Positions 12,617 to 25,078 of a stretch of DNA of 42,198 bases are shown here, piece by piece. The first letter of the stretch is position 1. Each line of letters begins with the position of its first letter. Location of the stretch: NCBI RefSeq assembly GCF_001194135.2, contig NC_069000.1:5402020-5444217 (forward strand), given 5' to 3'. Both the position numbers and the translations under genes were made by a program. This stretch comes from Octopus bimaculoides (taxonomy: Eukaryota). A model generated the notes under the pieces. It was not told the origin of the DNA and ran no database searches. It was given only the letters and a program-made list of their open reading frames with translations.

Positions 12617-13613
12617 TGTATGTATGTGTGTATATATGTGTGTATGTATGCATTCATGTTCTCAGTTTAAGCTAACTTGTTCGCAGTATCTGCGTAAGCA
12701 CTACAATAACATCAAAACGACAAGAACTATGAACAAAGGAAATCAGTCTAATTTGAATTTTTTTTCTGAAGAAAGATCTCTATCCGTTGTCATTAATATT
12801 TTGTCAGAATGAAAAGGAATTTTACATTTACTGTAAAAATTATTGTAAGACTCCGGAACTTATATATGAACTATACTCACATGATGGTTATCAATTCTTA
12901 GAAAGACAAATGAAGAAAGATACAAATTCAGAATGAACGTCAGCATAGTGAATGATTCAAAGTGTTCTATTTAAAGTCTGTAGTTGAGTGCAATATTTAA
13001 ATAGTCGATTTGTCAGCTACCTTTTGAAATTTAGTCAGAGAAACATACATTGCTACAAAAAAATCCACATGCATTAGCATATAGTCTACAAACGTATTAA
13101 CATAAAATCGAAACGAACCATCCACCAGCTTTATTAAATAACGTTGTGAAGAATATTCTTATGTGTTTCCGTTTTCCAGTTAAGTATACGATAAATAAAA
13201 CTCTTAACAACAAATACAAGGACTTGAGAAACTGAATTAGAAGATACTTTTTACCTAATACATAACAACATAACTAAAATAACTACGAAAATATCTTTCC
13301 GCTACTAAGAATTTCATGAGAAACTTTGCTAAAGTGGCACGATACACATACATACATGTATATCCATGCATGTATGAAGCATTTGTGTAATTATGATGGT
13401 CTTATGATCTCATAAGCATGCTTTCTCTATTTGTATTGATTTGTAAATGTATTATTGTAGTCTACAATGCATAGCATCCATATTGGAGCAGTTATATAAA
13501 GTATTACACACTGAAATTATTTTTATGACGTGAAAACGGAAAAATGGCCGTAATCTAAAGGTTGACAAGTGGTTAAAATAATATATTCACCATCTGACAG
13601 TTTATGGTTTATA

Positions 13614-13679
<66 letters not shown>

Positions 13680-13779
13680 AATAAGGGCAGGGAATCGTCA
13701 ATTAATAATAGAATTAATAATTAACAATTTTGCCAAGTAGTTCAGTATGAAAAAACCTTTATCGGTAAAAACATTTATC

Positions 13780-13859
13780 ATCATAAATATACAGGGATTA
13801 GCATTGAGTTGGAGTATGTTGGAGAAGCAACTCAATGCTAATCCCTGTATATTTATGAT
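13780..13859. repeat. Perfect inverted repeat (32-bp stem, 16-nt loop)
   Basis: ATCATAAATATACAGGGATTAGCATTGAGTTG (13780-13811) and CAACTCAATGCTAATCCCTGTATATTTATGAT (13828-13859) are exact reverse complements. Confidence 0.95.
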
Positions 13860-13872
13860 ATATATATATATA

Positions 13873-13999
13873 TTCTTTTATTTGTTTCAGTGATTTAACT
13901 GCGGCCATGCTGAAGCGCCGCCTTTAGTCGAACAAATCGACCCCAAGACTTATTCTCTGTAAGCAGTCTAGTACTTATTCTATCGGTCGCCTTTGCCGA
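13873..13999 (-). mobile_element. SINE family A 3' fragment
   Basis: TTGTTTCAGTGATTTAACTGCGGCCATGCTG...AAATCGACCCCAAGACTTATTC...TAGTACTTATTCTATCGGTC is the reverse complement of 8895-9000. Confidence 0.85.
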
Positions 14000-14595
14000 T
14001 GTAAATATATGTATAATGGCAAATTCAATAAAATGTCAAACTGTAAATAAATCACAGTCAATCTTCCATATTTCAAACGTCTGTAATCTAATTGCATCAT
14101 TCGCAGGATTACAGATTGGTTGACACAACTGCTAAACGCAGAACAACGTTTGACAACGTTCAGTCACATTGATAAGGCAGAATTCGATATATATTGAGAG
14201 TGTGTGGTTAGTTGTTAGCCATGAACAGACAATAAAATAAACGAAGAAACAAAAGAGATCGGGTAATAAAATATCAGATACAATGATGGCCCTTCAGTCC
14301 CATGCATGTTCACACATGTCCGGCATGTGTGTCAATAGAATGCTAGCAATAATCATATTGCGCATGCACAAACGCACATATACAAAGAAGCACGTACATG
14401 CATAGGTGCATATATAGATATATGTCTATGTGGGCGGGGCATACCACTTAGATGATAAGTTATATACGTGTATATAAATATCTATATATTGTAAGCATCT
14501 ATGTTTTTAATTACTTATATATTTATATACATATATATATACATATATGTACATATATATATACATATATATGTATACATATATATATATATATC

Positions 14596-14633
<38 letters not shown>

Positions 14634-14737
14634 TATATACATACATATACATATATATACATATATACTCGCGCACAGAGTAACTCACATATCGCAGTTT
14701 GTATTAATCATTATGTATATATATATATGTAAATATA

Positions 14738-14774
<37 letters not shown>

Positions 14775-15651
14775 NNNNNNNNNNNNNNNNNNNNNNNNNN
14801 NNNNNNNNNNNNNNNNNNNNNNNNNNNNNNNNNNNNNNNNNNNNNNNNNNNNNNNNNNNNNNNNNNNNNNNNNNNNNNNNNNNNNNNNNNNNNNNNNNNN
14901 NNNNNNNNNNNNNNNNNNNNNNNNNNNNNNNNNNNNNNNNNNNNNNNNNNNNNNNNNNNNNNNNNNNNNNNNNNNNNNNNNNNNNNNNNNNNNNNNNNNN
15001 NNNNNNNNNNNNNNNNNNNNNNNNNNNNNNNNNNNNNNNNNNNNNNNNNNNNNNNNNNNNNNNNNNNNNNNNNNNNNNNNNNNNNNNNNNNNNNNNNNNN
15101 NNNNNNNNNNNNNNNNNNNNNNNNNNNNNNNNNNNNNNNNNNNNNNNNNNNNNNNNNNNNNNNNNNNNNNNNNNNNNNNNNNNNNNNNNNNNNNNNNNNN
15201 NNNNNNNNNNNNNNNNNNNNNNNNNNNNNNNNNNNNNNNNNNNNNNNNNNNNNNNNNNNNNNNNNNNNNNNNNNNNNNNNNNNNNNNNNNNNNNNNNNNN
15301 NNNNNNNNNNNNNNNNNNNNNNNNNNNNNNNNNNNNNNNNNNNNNNNNNNNNNNNNNNNNNNNNNNNNNNNNNNNNNNNNNNNNNNNNNNNNNNNNNNNN
15401 NNNNNNNNNNNNNNNNNNNNNNNNNNNNNNNNNNNNNNNNNNNNNNNNNNNNNNNNNNNNNNNNNNNNNNNNNNNNNNNNNNNNNNNNNNNNNNNNNNNN
15501 NNNNNNNNNNNNNNNNNNNNNNNNNNNNNNNNNNNNNNNNNNNNNNNNNNNNNNNNNNNNNNATTCCCCGTTCAATTATTTCGGTGAAAGTGAAAGTAGA
15601 TGTTTTATAATCATTACCTGTATAGATTTATTTTATATTTTCCCATATGCA

Positions 15652-15725
<74 letters not shown>

Positions 15726-16149
15726 CATCATCATCATCATCATCATTATCATCATCATTATTATCATTGTTATTATTACTATTATTATCATTATTGTTGT
15801 TGTTGTGGCTTTTGTTGTTGTTATTATTATTATTGATCTCAACATCGTTAGTGTCTCAATTTAAAAGCTTTTCGATATTGAATTATAACAATTTACGTTG
15901 ATTTAATCGGTTATCGCTACCCCTCCCCATAAAATAGGTGGCCTTAGACCAATTTTAGAAACCATTTATAAAATGGTATTGTTGTTCTTGTTCTTGTTCT
16001 CTATCGTCTTCTACTTCTTGAATTTTATTATTAATATTGTCGTTGTTGCTGTTGTTGCTGTTGCTGTTGTTATTGTTAGTGGTGTTTTTGTTGTTTTTGT
16101 TGTTGTTGTTGTTGTCGTTGTTCCTGTTGTTGTGGATGGCGCCATACTA

Positions 16150-17450
16150 AAATAATCGAACTCATATGTGGAGCGGAAGACTTACCGAATCCCGTTGCTG
16201 GTCTTCTCAATCGTCTACTGTAGATGTTTGTCCATCCCGACCAACGCCGTAGATCGATGGCGCAATTGTTCTGTCCATGTGGTTTGATTCACGTTCGGTA
16301 GTTAAATGGTAGAACTAGTTTACGAGCACGCTGGCCAATTTCAGCCTGAAATCGTCTAAACAAAAAAAAAAAAAACGATATCCGTGAATGGGAATGCGGA
16401 TGTGGCGACAAAATACGTTTCTTTTGTTGTTTACCTTGGTCGGAGAATCGGAGTTTGCTGCTGTTTAATTGCACAAAAGTGGAACGTATAGTTTTTCACT
16501 TCTTGTGGAAACAACATGATAAAACTGTGAGAAAACGCATTGACTGTCAAGACACCATACCGAATATTTAAACGGTTTGGGAAGTCATTAAAGTCAAGTA
16601 TTCTTTTATCGTAATTGAGGCACATATTTTCCGACTTTTTGTCGGTGGTGGGGGGGATAAGCGAAGACTAAATCTTGACCCATAACATCAGTAATGTTGT
16701 TGGATGCTCATAGAGTTTTTACCAGTCAAAAGGGAACGCTGGTTTTTATATTCTATAGGTGTTTATTGATAGCAAATTACGGAAACGTTCTATTATGTTT
16801 GAGAATCTAAACAGCTGTTTCGGGGGACGTTCATATAGATAATTTATGGATATCTTGTAGATATACCTCCATGGAAAGGATTAATAGCATGTCTCTGGGT
16901 CTCTCAGGGAGGTAATTTTAGTTCTGTTCTTGAGTTGTAACATTCTTCTTACGTTTACAAACTATCTTGGTGTGACCTCTGTGCTGATACCAGTGGTGGC
17001 CACCTTGGACCGATTAGTTGTGGCGGTCTTGCTTGTTGGTGGGGAAGGCTCGGATTCTGGATTTGATAAAGACAGTTTAATTGTTGCACAATTTTTTGAG
17101 CCAGGCATAAAAAAACATTGCTGCTCAGCTGCAAACTTTATGACGGCTACTGTGTAGGGTTGGTTTGTAGAAGTGGTGCGCAGTATATCGGCATATTTTA
17201 GATTTGATGCAAGTGATGCACGACTTTTTGCTCTTCGGCGTCTTCTTGTGTCATTTAGAGAAAGTCTTTTGCTTTTGGTCTGCCTGTTGTATGGTTTTGG
17301 ATGCAGGAAGAGGCAGTTTGCATCATCATGTCCATGCCAGACCCCACCACGCATGAAGAATCTACAAACTTGTGTGCACCCCCTAAATGTTTGCGATTTT
17401 GCATTCTGACTGTCTGACGTGTGCGCTTTACTTGGGGGCTGTCTTTTGCT
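16150..17450 (-). mobile_element. Possible decayed APE-type LINE (CR1/L2-like): CCCH-like ORF1 end plus endonuclease start
   Basis: Stop-free frame 17450->16962 contains VCRFFMRGGVWHGHDDANCLFLHPKP (17369-17292), CCCH-finger-like with the second Cys replaced by Val. Downstream, in broken frames: IIYMNV (16843-16826), FAINKHL, LVL-FN/LPNVN (about 16310) and *VF (about 16180), in the order of APE motifs N, TE, GDFNLP, LDLVF. All matches are weak. Confidence 0.4.
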
Positions 17451-18653
17451 TCATTTTTAGTTCTAATATCACCCTTTTTATCTATATTCGTTAGCCCTTT
17501 TTTTGGCTATATACAAAAAATCAAGAGGGGTATGATGAAGGTGTATTTCAGATATGCATAAAAGAAAATGGATGTCAGTGTGACACGAAATATAAAATTT
17601 TGTCACATCAAAATAACCATTTATGTAATATATTTGCAGACAAAATTTTAATATGTAATAAAATCACTTGTGCAACACGCAGCGAAAGATTATGTTGTTT
17701 ATAGCATGAATGTGAGTATATCCATTTTAATATGAACTCTTGAACTACTGGGTTGCAACCAACAGAAATTGTATACACTTCTAGACAACAATATAAACTC
17801 AACTCTGATTCGTAGCACACATTTGTCTATCTATCTATCTATCTATCTAACTATCTATTTATCTATATATATATATATATATANNNNNNNNNNNNNNNNN
17901 NNNNNNNNNNNNNNNNNNNNNNNNNNNNNNNNNNNNNNNNNNNNNNNNNNNNNNNNNNNNNNNNNNNNNNNNNNNNNNNNNNNNNNNNNNNNNNNNNNNN
18001 NNNNNNNNNNNNNNNNNNNNNNNNNNNNNNNNNNNNNNNNNNNNNNNNNNNNNNNNNNNNNNNNNNNNNNNNNNNNNNNNNNNNNNNNNNNNNNNNNNNN
18101 NNNNNNNNNNNNNNNNNNNNNNNNNNNNNNNNNNNNNNNNNNNNNNNNNNNNNNNNNNNNNNNNNNNNNNNNNNNNNNNNNNNNNNNNNNNNNNNNNNNN
18201 NNNNNNNNNNNNNNNNNNNNNNNNNNNNNNNNNNNNNNNNNNNNNNNNNNNNNNNNNNNNNNNNNNNNNNNNNNNNNNNNNNNNNNNNNNNNNNNNNNNN
18301 NNNNNNNNNNNNNNNNNNNNNNNNNNNNNNNNNNNNNNNNNNNNNNNNNNNNNNNNNNNNNNNNNNNNNNNNNNNNNNNNNNNNNNNNNNNNNNNNNNNN
18401 NNNNNNNNNNNNNNNNNNNNNNNNNNNNNNNNNNNNNNNNNNNNNNNNNNNNNNNNNNNNNNNNNNNNNNNNNNNNNNNNNNNNNNNNNNNNNNNNNNNN
18501 NNNNNNNNNNNNNNNNNNNNNNNNNNNNNNNNNNNNNNNNNNNNNNNNNNNNNNNNNNNNNNNNNNNNNNNNNNNNNNNNNNNNNNNNNNNNNNNNNNNN
18601 NNNNNNNNNNNNNNNNNNNNNNNNNNNNNNNNNNNNNNNNNNNNNNNNNNNNN

Positions 18654-18694
<41 letters not shown>

Positions 18695-18943
18695 TAGATA
18701 GATAGATAGATATATATATTTATATATATAATTTTTATATATATAATATTTATAAATATATGAAAACGACTATAAATATATATTCATATGTGTATATATG
18801 TGTGTATAAGCGTGTATATATAGATTTGAGAACCAGACAAACTGCAGTAGAAAAGACAGCGCCATAAAGATGCGATAATTCTCAGATAAATAAATAACAG
18901 ACAAAAATTTTGCGCAATAAATGTGTGTATGACCTTACATATT

Positions 18944-18985
<42 letters not shown>

Positions 18986-21722
18986 AGTATTTGTGTGTGT
19001 AGCTATGGGTCTATGTTTCAATACGTCTGTTTGACAATATGTATGTCTCGTTAAACATATAGGTGTGTGGATGCTTTAAGATGTACGTGTGTATAGGCGT
19101 GTATCTTTTTAAGCATGTTTCTATAAATCTTAGCTTTTTGTCTGTAAAAGTTAGAATGGTTGGGTGTTAGGGTATGTATCCTTTCCTCCACGTTGCGCGA
19201 ATGTGTGTTTGCGCATGTGTGCTTTTGTGCTCGCTGTGTATGTGTGTATGTTAATGTGTGTGTTTGTGTTTGTGCGTGTGCGTCTGAGAAGGCTTTTATT
19301 TAGTTGTGTGTGAGTCGACTTATGAATAAAATATAAATAAAATACGTAATATATATTCATATATGTATATTACAGACTGATGATAGAGAATAAAGACGGG
19401 TCAAACGAACTTTGTTCATCATAAATACAAAAGATAGACGTTTCTACACACAGGACACACACACAAATATGTATGTATATATCCTTACATGTTTATATTT
19501 TTACATATACATAAATAGTTGCATAGTATATGTATCAAATACGCATATGTATATGTGTATATATATATATATGTTTGTGTATGTGTGTGAGTGTGTGCTT
19601 CTGTGTGCGTCTGTGTCTGTGTGTGTATCTTTATTTGTGTATCTATTTATCAATTTAAGAATCTATTATTTTCACCATATCTCAGGTGGCTTTGTTATTT
19701 TAACATTGCGTAAGAAAAGTAAATGTTATATTTATTTTACGTATAAAACTCTATTTTAAAATTGTAAATAAACATTTTCAAGACCATTTTCCCTCTCATT
19801 TTGCCTGAAAATCCTTAAACTGATGAATCAGAATAGAAATACAAAATGTATTATCGTTTACAATAATCTCCATCTTAAAACTATCTTTTTACAGGTAAAC
19901 ATATTGTGACGTAGAAATATTGAAAGTAAATTTGTTACAATTTGTTGCTAGAATTATCTCCCACCTTAAAACTGTAAATAAACGTGTTTTTTGAAGATGG
20001 TTTCATATTTTTCTATATTAGTTCCAGGCGTGGTGGGCTGAGTACGGTACAAGAAGATAGAATTGGGTATGTCGCTTGATTTCTACCTCCATGCTTTCGG
20101 GATACCCGCATTCGGTCTTTTGACCCAGACCCATATAACAGGTATGACATCGAGCTAATGGTCTGCAGAATATAAATACTCAATACTTGATACAAACAAA
20201 CACTCCCTCATTCACATAGACACATACACTTACACGCATATATGTGATTATATGTGCCTATGCATGCGTGAACTTTTATCCATGTGTTTATGTATGTATC
20301 GATTTATAGGTATATATATATATATACACACGCACTTTCACCCCCATCTATATGTATATATATTTACTGTATCTGTATGCGCGTGTGCGGTGAGCATTTA
20401 TGTATGCATGCAGGCACAAACGTATGTATGTATGTATGTATGTACGTACGTATAGTTCTGTGAGTTTTGAAAAAATCATATGAAGCATTACGGAGATGTA
20501 CTTGCATAGCAAGTGACCTGATTTGAGATCGTGTGACGGAACGAAAACAATTGCAGCGTGGAAGGTGTTTATAAGCCATTTAAGAAACACAAAATGACCG
20601 TTAGATTCACTTCAATATATAAATTTAATTTGCCAAAATATTTTCGTCGCTTTGAGACCGCGACCTATTCACTGACAGGTTACAATTCATGGAATAGCGA
20701 AAGCTCTACTCTGGCCAGAGTACAGTCTGAAAACTTCCACAAGAATGGAAATTCGTTAAATGCACACCAGAGATAGATTGTGGTGCTGAAGCTGGTGACG
20801 AACTAAGTGTGACACCCATGAGCAGGAACGCAAGAACGCAGGGACGGTTTCATTATTACGCAAACGTGTTCCACCAAATTTCGTTCCTTCTACTTTGATT
20901 TATCTAAGGTTATGTAAGAAAATTCTTTCTGAAGATGTCAAACATCAGAAATGAACTTGAAACCAAGCCATGTAGAAGTGAAACGTATTTCATAACAACT
21001 ATGTGATATATGCGTCTACTAATGTCATTTGAGGAAACAGTTCAAAAATCTGACCTTCTCGGAAATTTCCTCTCTCTAAGACAACAGTACAACACTGATG
21101 CAATGTATGTCAATAAGCAATCTATGTACAGCATTAAGTATACGAGATAGTGGAAGGCCAAGGTTCATGAAAATATTTACAGGAATAAAATTATTCTGGT
21201 GAGATAAAGAACAAAGGTCTGAAATAATATTACATGGGGAATTCAGTGAGATGAAAAACACTTCAGAATATCTTTAGCAAGAAATTGGGAATAAAATACA
21301 ATACGCTCACGAAAATATGAGACATCTACAGGAAACCAAAGGGTCCAGAAAATATTATAATAAAGCAACATAGATTACTCTTAATACGAGAGAAGAAATC
21401 GAGTACCAAAGGCAGAGTCAGTGACATCACGTGATCAAGTAGGAATTATTAGAATTTACACAAGTTTCATAAAGATTCAAAGGATTTAGATACTCATAGT
21501 CAGGATCTCCTCTCTTAGCGGAATACATCGAGGCGAGAGGGGAGCAGTACCAGTTTACATCTAAGAGACAGCAGAAAGGCCAAGGGAGTAGTAGTGTTCG
21601 CGGTCGTAAGTGTATCCTTCAATACATCGTGTGCATTTTTGTTTTTTTCATTTCTTTTTTTCATACGTGCTTCACTTAACAACCTGCGAAACATTCGTCT
21701 CTTTCACACACTCTTCATAACT

Positions 21723-21805
21723 TTCGAATCCGCTAGGTTACGGGGACGTAAACACGCCAGCATCGGTTGTCAAGCGATGTTGGGGGGACAAACACAGATA
21801 CACAA

Positions 21806-21855
<50 letters not shown>

Positions 21856-21869
21856 GTATATATTTATAT

Positions 21870-21900
<31 letters not shown>

Positions 21901-22066
21901 AACGACGGGTTTCTTTCTGTTTCCGTCTACCAAATCCACTCACAAGGATTTGGTCGGCGCGAGGCTATAGTAGAAGACAATTGCCCAAGATGCCATGCAG
22001 TGGGACTGAACCCGGAACCATGTGGTTGGTAAGCAAGCTACTCACCACACAGCCACTACTACGCCC
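21723..22066 (-). mobile_element. tRNA-derived SINE (family 'A'), 5' two-thirds, with internal TA/TG microsatellite
   Basis: Minus strand: GGCGTAGTAGTGGCTGTGTGG (A box), GGTTCAGTCCC (B box), TTGGGCAATTGTCTTCTACTATAGCC body, (TA)n/(TG)n, then TTTGTCCCCCCAACATCGCTTGACAACCGATGCTGG, which is shared with the 8810 copy. The 3' end is missing. Confidence 0.85.
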
Positions 22067-22349
22067 ATTTAATGATACTGAGATATGTCTACTGCAAAAC
22101 AAACAAGGCATTGTTGTGCATGGAAGTAACGCCTTGAAGCAGTAAAGTGTACTGTTGTACAATTTCGGAGGAATATGTCTGGAAGAGGTTGAGAGAAATG
22201 ATAGAGGAGGGGATGGACCGTGTAACGTGAGAGGTAGTAGTGTTTAGAAGATGGAGAGAAAACCAACAGGTGAGCAAGTGGAGAGATGAGGTGTCAAAGT
22301 CGCATAATGGGACTTGCTACTGAGTAGTGAATGTGGGAGAGACAGTTAT

Positions 22350-22370
22350 GGGTGGGTGGGTGAGTGGGGG
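22350..22370 (+). other. Canonical G-quadruplex motif
   Basis: GGG T GGG T GGG TGAGT GGGGG fits G3N1-7 x4. Confidence 0.6.
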
Positions 22371-22520
22371 AATTTGTGAGAGAGAGAGAGAGATGATTGA
22401 TGAGAATGTAAGGTAGCTTTAGGAAAAGGACGGAACGGAAAAGAATCAGAAGAAGAGAGCGAGGGAGATTCTAAAGAACAATGGAATAGTAGGAAAGTGT
22501 GCGAAGGGAAAAACTAAAGT

Positions 22521-22581
<61 letters not shown>

Positions 22582-22918
22582 CAGAGACAGAAAAGAAAGA
22601 GAGAGAGAATAGGGAGGATGAGAGGGAGAAACAGAGACTGAGAGAGAGAGAAAAAGAGATAATCACTGTAAGGAAACAATAATATCATTGGCAAGAGAAA
22701 AGGTAAATTGTTGTTGACATCCGTGAGCAAATTGGAAAAAAATAATATCAAGTGAAAACGAAATCACATTAGACAAGCAAAGCAAAACGGAAACAACTAT
22801 GTATAAGGTCGTCGGACAAATTTGTTGGGTTTTTCATATATCTTTATATTTTATTTATTTTAGTCCTTAGACTTTGTCAACAATCTTATCTAATCAGTCA
22901 ATAATATATTCTCCTTCA

Positions 22919-23138
22919 AAGGCGACGAGCTGGCAGAATCGTTAGAGCCCCGGACCAAATATTTAGCAGCATTTCGTCCATCTTAACATTCTGAGTTCAA
23001 ATGCCGCCGATGTCGAATTTGGCTTTCATTCTTTTAGGGTCAGTAAAATATGCATCAGTTGAGCACTGTGGGAGTGGGGCGATATTTTCGACTTACCCCG
23101 TCCCTGTAATTGCTGACCTTGTACTAAAGTTCTAAACC
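22919..23138 (+). mobile_element. Full-length tRNA-derived SINE (family 'B', Octopus-type)
   Basis: Head AAGGCGACGAGCTGGCAGAATCGTTAG (A-box-like) and GAGTTCAAATGCC (B-box-like). Central GCTTTCATTCTTTTAGGGTCAGTAAAAT resembles, from memory, the Meta/Sauria-type SINE domain. Tail GACCTTGTACTAAAGTTCTAAACC. Flanked by an imperfect direct repeat, AATATATTC-TCCTTCA (22903-22918) and AATATATTCATTCCTTCA (23139-23156), consistent with a TSD. Confidence 0.85.
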
Positions 23139-24652
23139 AATATATTCATTCCTTCATTGTTCGCGTCTCATTGCCAACATTCCACCAGCTTATCAATCAA
23201 AGACTTGACCACAGAAATCGAAGAATTCATCGGACCGAATCATTGTTGAACGAAACGCTTGATAGACTTTTGGAGAGGACCCACAATAAGTACTAATATG
23301 AAGGAGCTATAACCAGAATTTGCAGGGGGTACAGTAGAAACTCCCAACGGAACTCTTTGGTTAAAATTAGCAACATGTGAGCTGGAGTTTGTTTCCTTTG
23401 TTCATCCATATACCGAGTTTTTTCGATCTTCTTCTTTGAGTGAATTTGACGAAGGACGGTATCGTTGGAACAGCTTATCTGTTGGATGAATTCTTTTATA
23501 GATTGCCGCAGATCCTCGTAGATTATCTCTCCAATCAATCCACATTAGAACAAGCAGATCGGCCAGAATGCGACGAATCTGTAACGTTCAGTTTCCCCCC
23601 ACTTGACAAATGAAATCCATTTCAGTGCAGTTAAGAAAAGTGGTTTCTTCATGTCTTGTGTGCTTTAGGGGAAAAATTTGGAACTTTCATTGACAATGAA
23701 AACTAGTGGGTGTTGAAAATGCTCTCACGTTTTGCTATTTGGCACTTTATCGTCATATATCTGAAGACGAAAAATTTGTTGAAATTTCAAAAGTGGTAAT
23801 CAAAAGTTGTAGAGGAAGAATTGAGCTACAGAGAAAACAAGGTACTACAATAAAAAATATATTTCCTGTTAATTGAAATTACATGGGAAGGAAACGAACG
23901 AGTTTATCTGACAACCGAAAATAATGAAAGAGAACTGAGGGAGAGAGACAGACAAGCAAACCAAAAGGCAGACACTGAAAGGTAGGTATAGGCTAGGTTA
24001 CTAAGGAAATATTCTAACGTATCGTGATGCAAATTTAAGTTTTGGGAGAGAAGTTATTAAATTTTGAAATCATTTCAGTATTTCATAGTATCAATTCACA
24101 CATCCACACATGGACAAGGAAACGATAAAAACATCGCCGGATTTGAACTGACAATATATTCGCAGACTGTCACCATCGCTTCTTATTTCATTAGATTTTC
24201 ATCAGCGTGAAACTAATACATTTTGTTTGTTTTTACCTCACCTATCTCTGTCTCTTGTTTCTTGTACATTTGTACCAGGTAGGTATGTATAATTAAATAT
24301 ATGTGTAAGTGTGTATGTGTGTGTATGAGTGTGTGTGTGTAAGCATGTATATATATTGACAAAAGTTTTATTTTTTCGAAATTATCAAATTAATTTTCTT
24401 CGTTCATAGAATTTTCAGGAGTTGTCATTCGATAAGGCATGTGCCATTCCAATGTTCATTCGATATTCAATGTTTCAAAGCTGCACTTGCTGACAATAAC
24501 CTTAGATATGCGATTGTATCGGGAGAAAACTCTCAGGTTTAATCATATAAACAAACTGAAGACTCGATCGCATCAACTGAAAACTATAATTATCTTTCTA
24601 GTTTTTAATTTAAATTAATTTTCATTATGTAAATACGCATATGCATATATGC

Positions 24653-24700
<48 letters not shown>

Positions 24701-24859
24701 ATNNNNNNNNNNNNNNNNNNNNNNNNNNNNNNNNNNNNNNNNNNNNNNNNNNNNNNNNNNNNNNNNNNNNNNNNNNNNNNNNNNNNNNNNNNNNNNNNNN
24801 NNNNNNNNNNNNNNNNNNNNNNNNNNNNNNNNNNNNNNNNNNNNNNNNNNNNNNNNNNN

Positions 24860-24892
<33 letters not shown>

Positions 24893-25047
24893 TATATATA
24901 ATTGTATATGTACATATACATATACGCATGCAGACAAATATAATATTTACTGTTGTGCACGCAAAAGCGTGAATGGATACATAACACACAAATATATACA
25001 GATTTACTTATATAGATACACACACACACGCACACATATATACATAA

Positions 25048-25078
<31 letters not shown>

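Noticed and set aside
20558-20900. 72-aa ORF and possible exon
   Set aside because: Weak splice signals, early stops in all frames, and no recognisable protein.
20929-20952. CTGAAGA...GAAA hammerhead-like strings (also 10288, 19820, 23762, 24558)
   Set aside because: No valid stem II, stem III or cleavage triplet, so expected by chance.
21070-21450. Possible R4/Dong-type LINE C-terminal relic (WKAKVH...QE...EYQR)
   Set aside because: Spacing is plausible but the CxxC/HxxxxC zinc knuckle is absent, so it is too weak to call.
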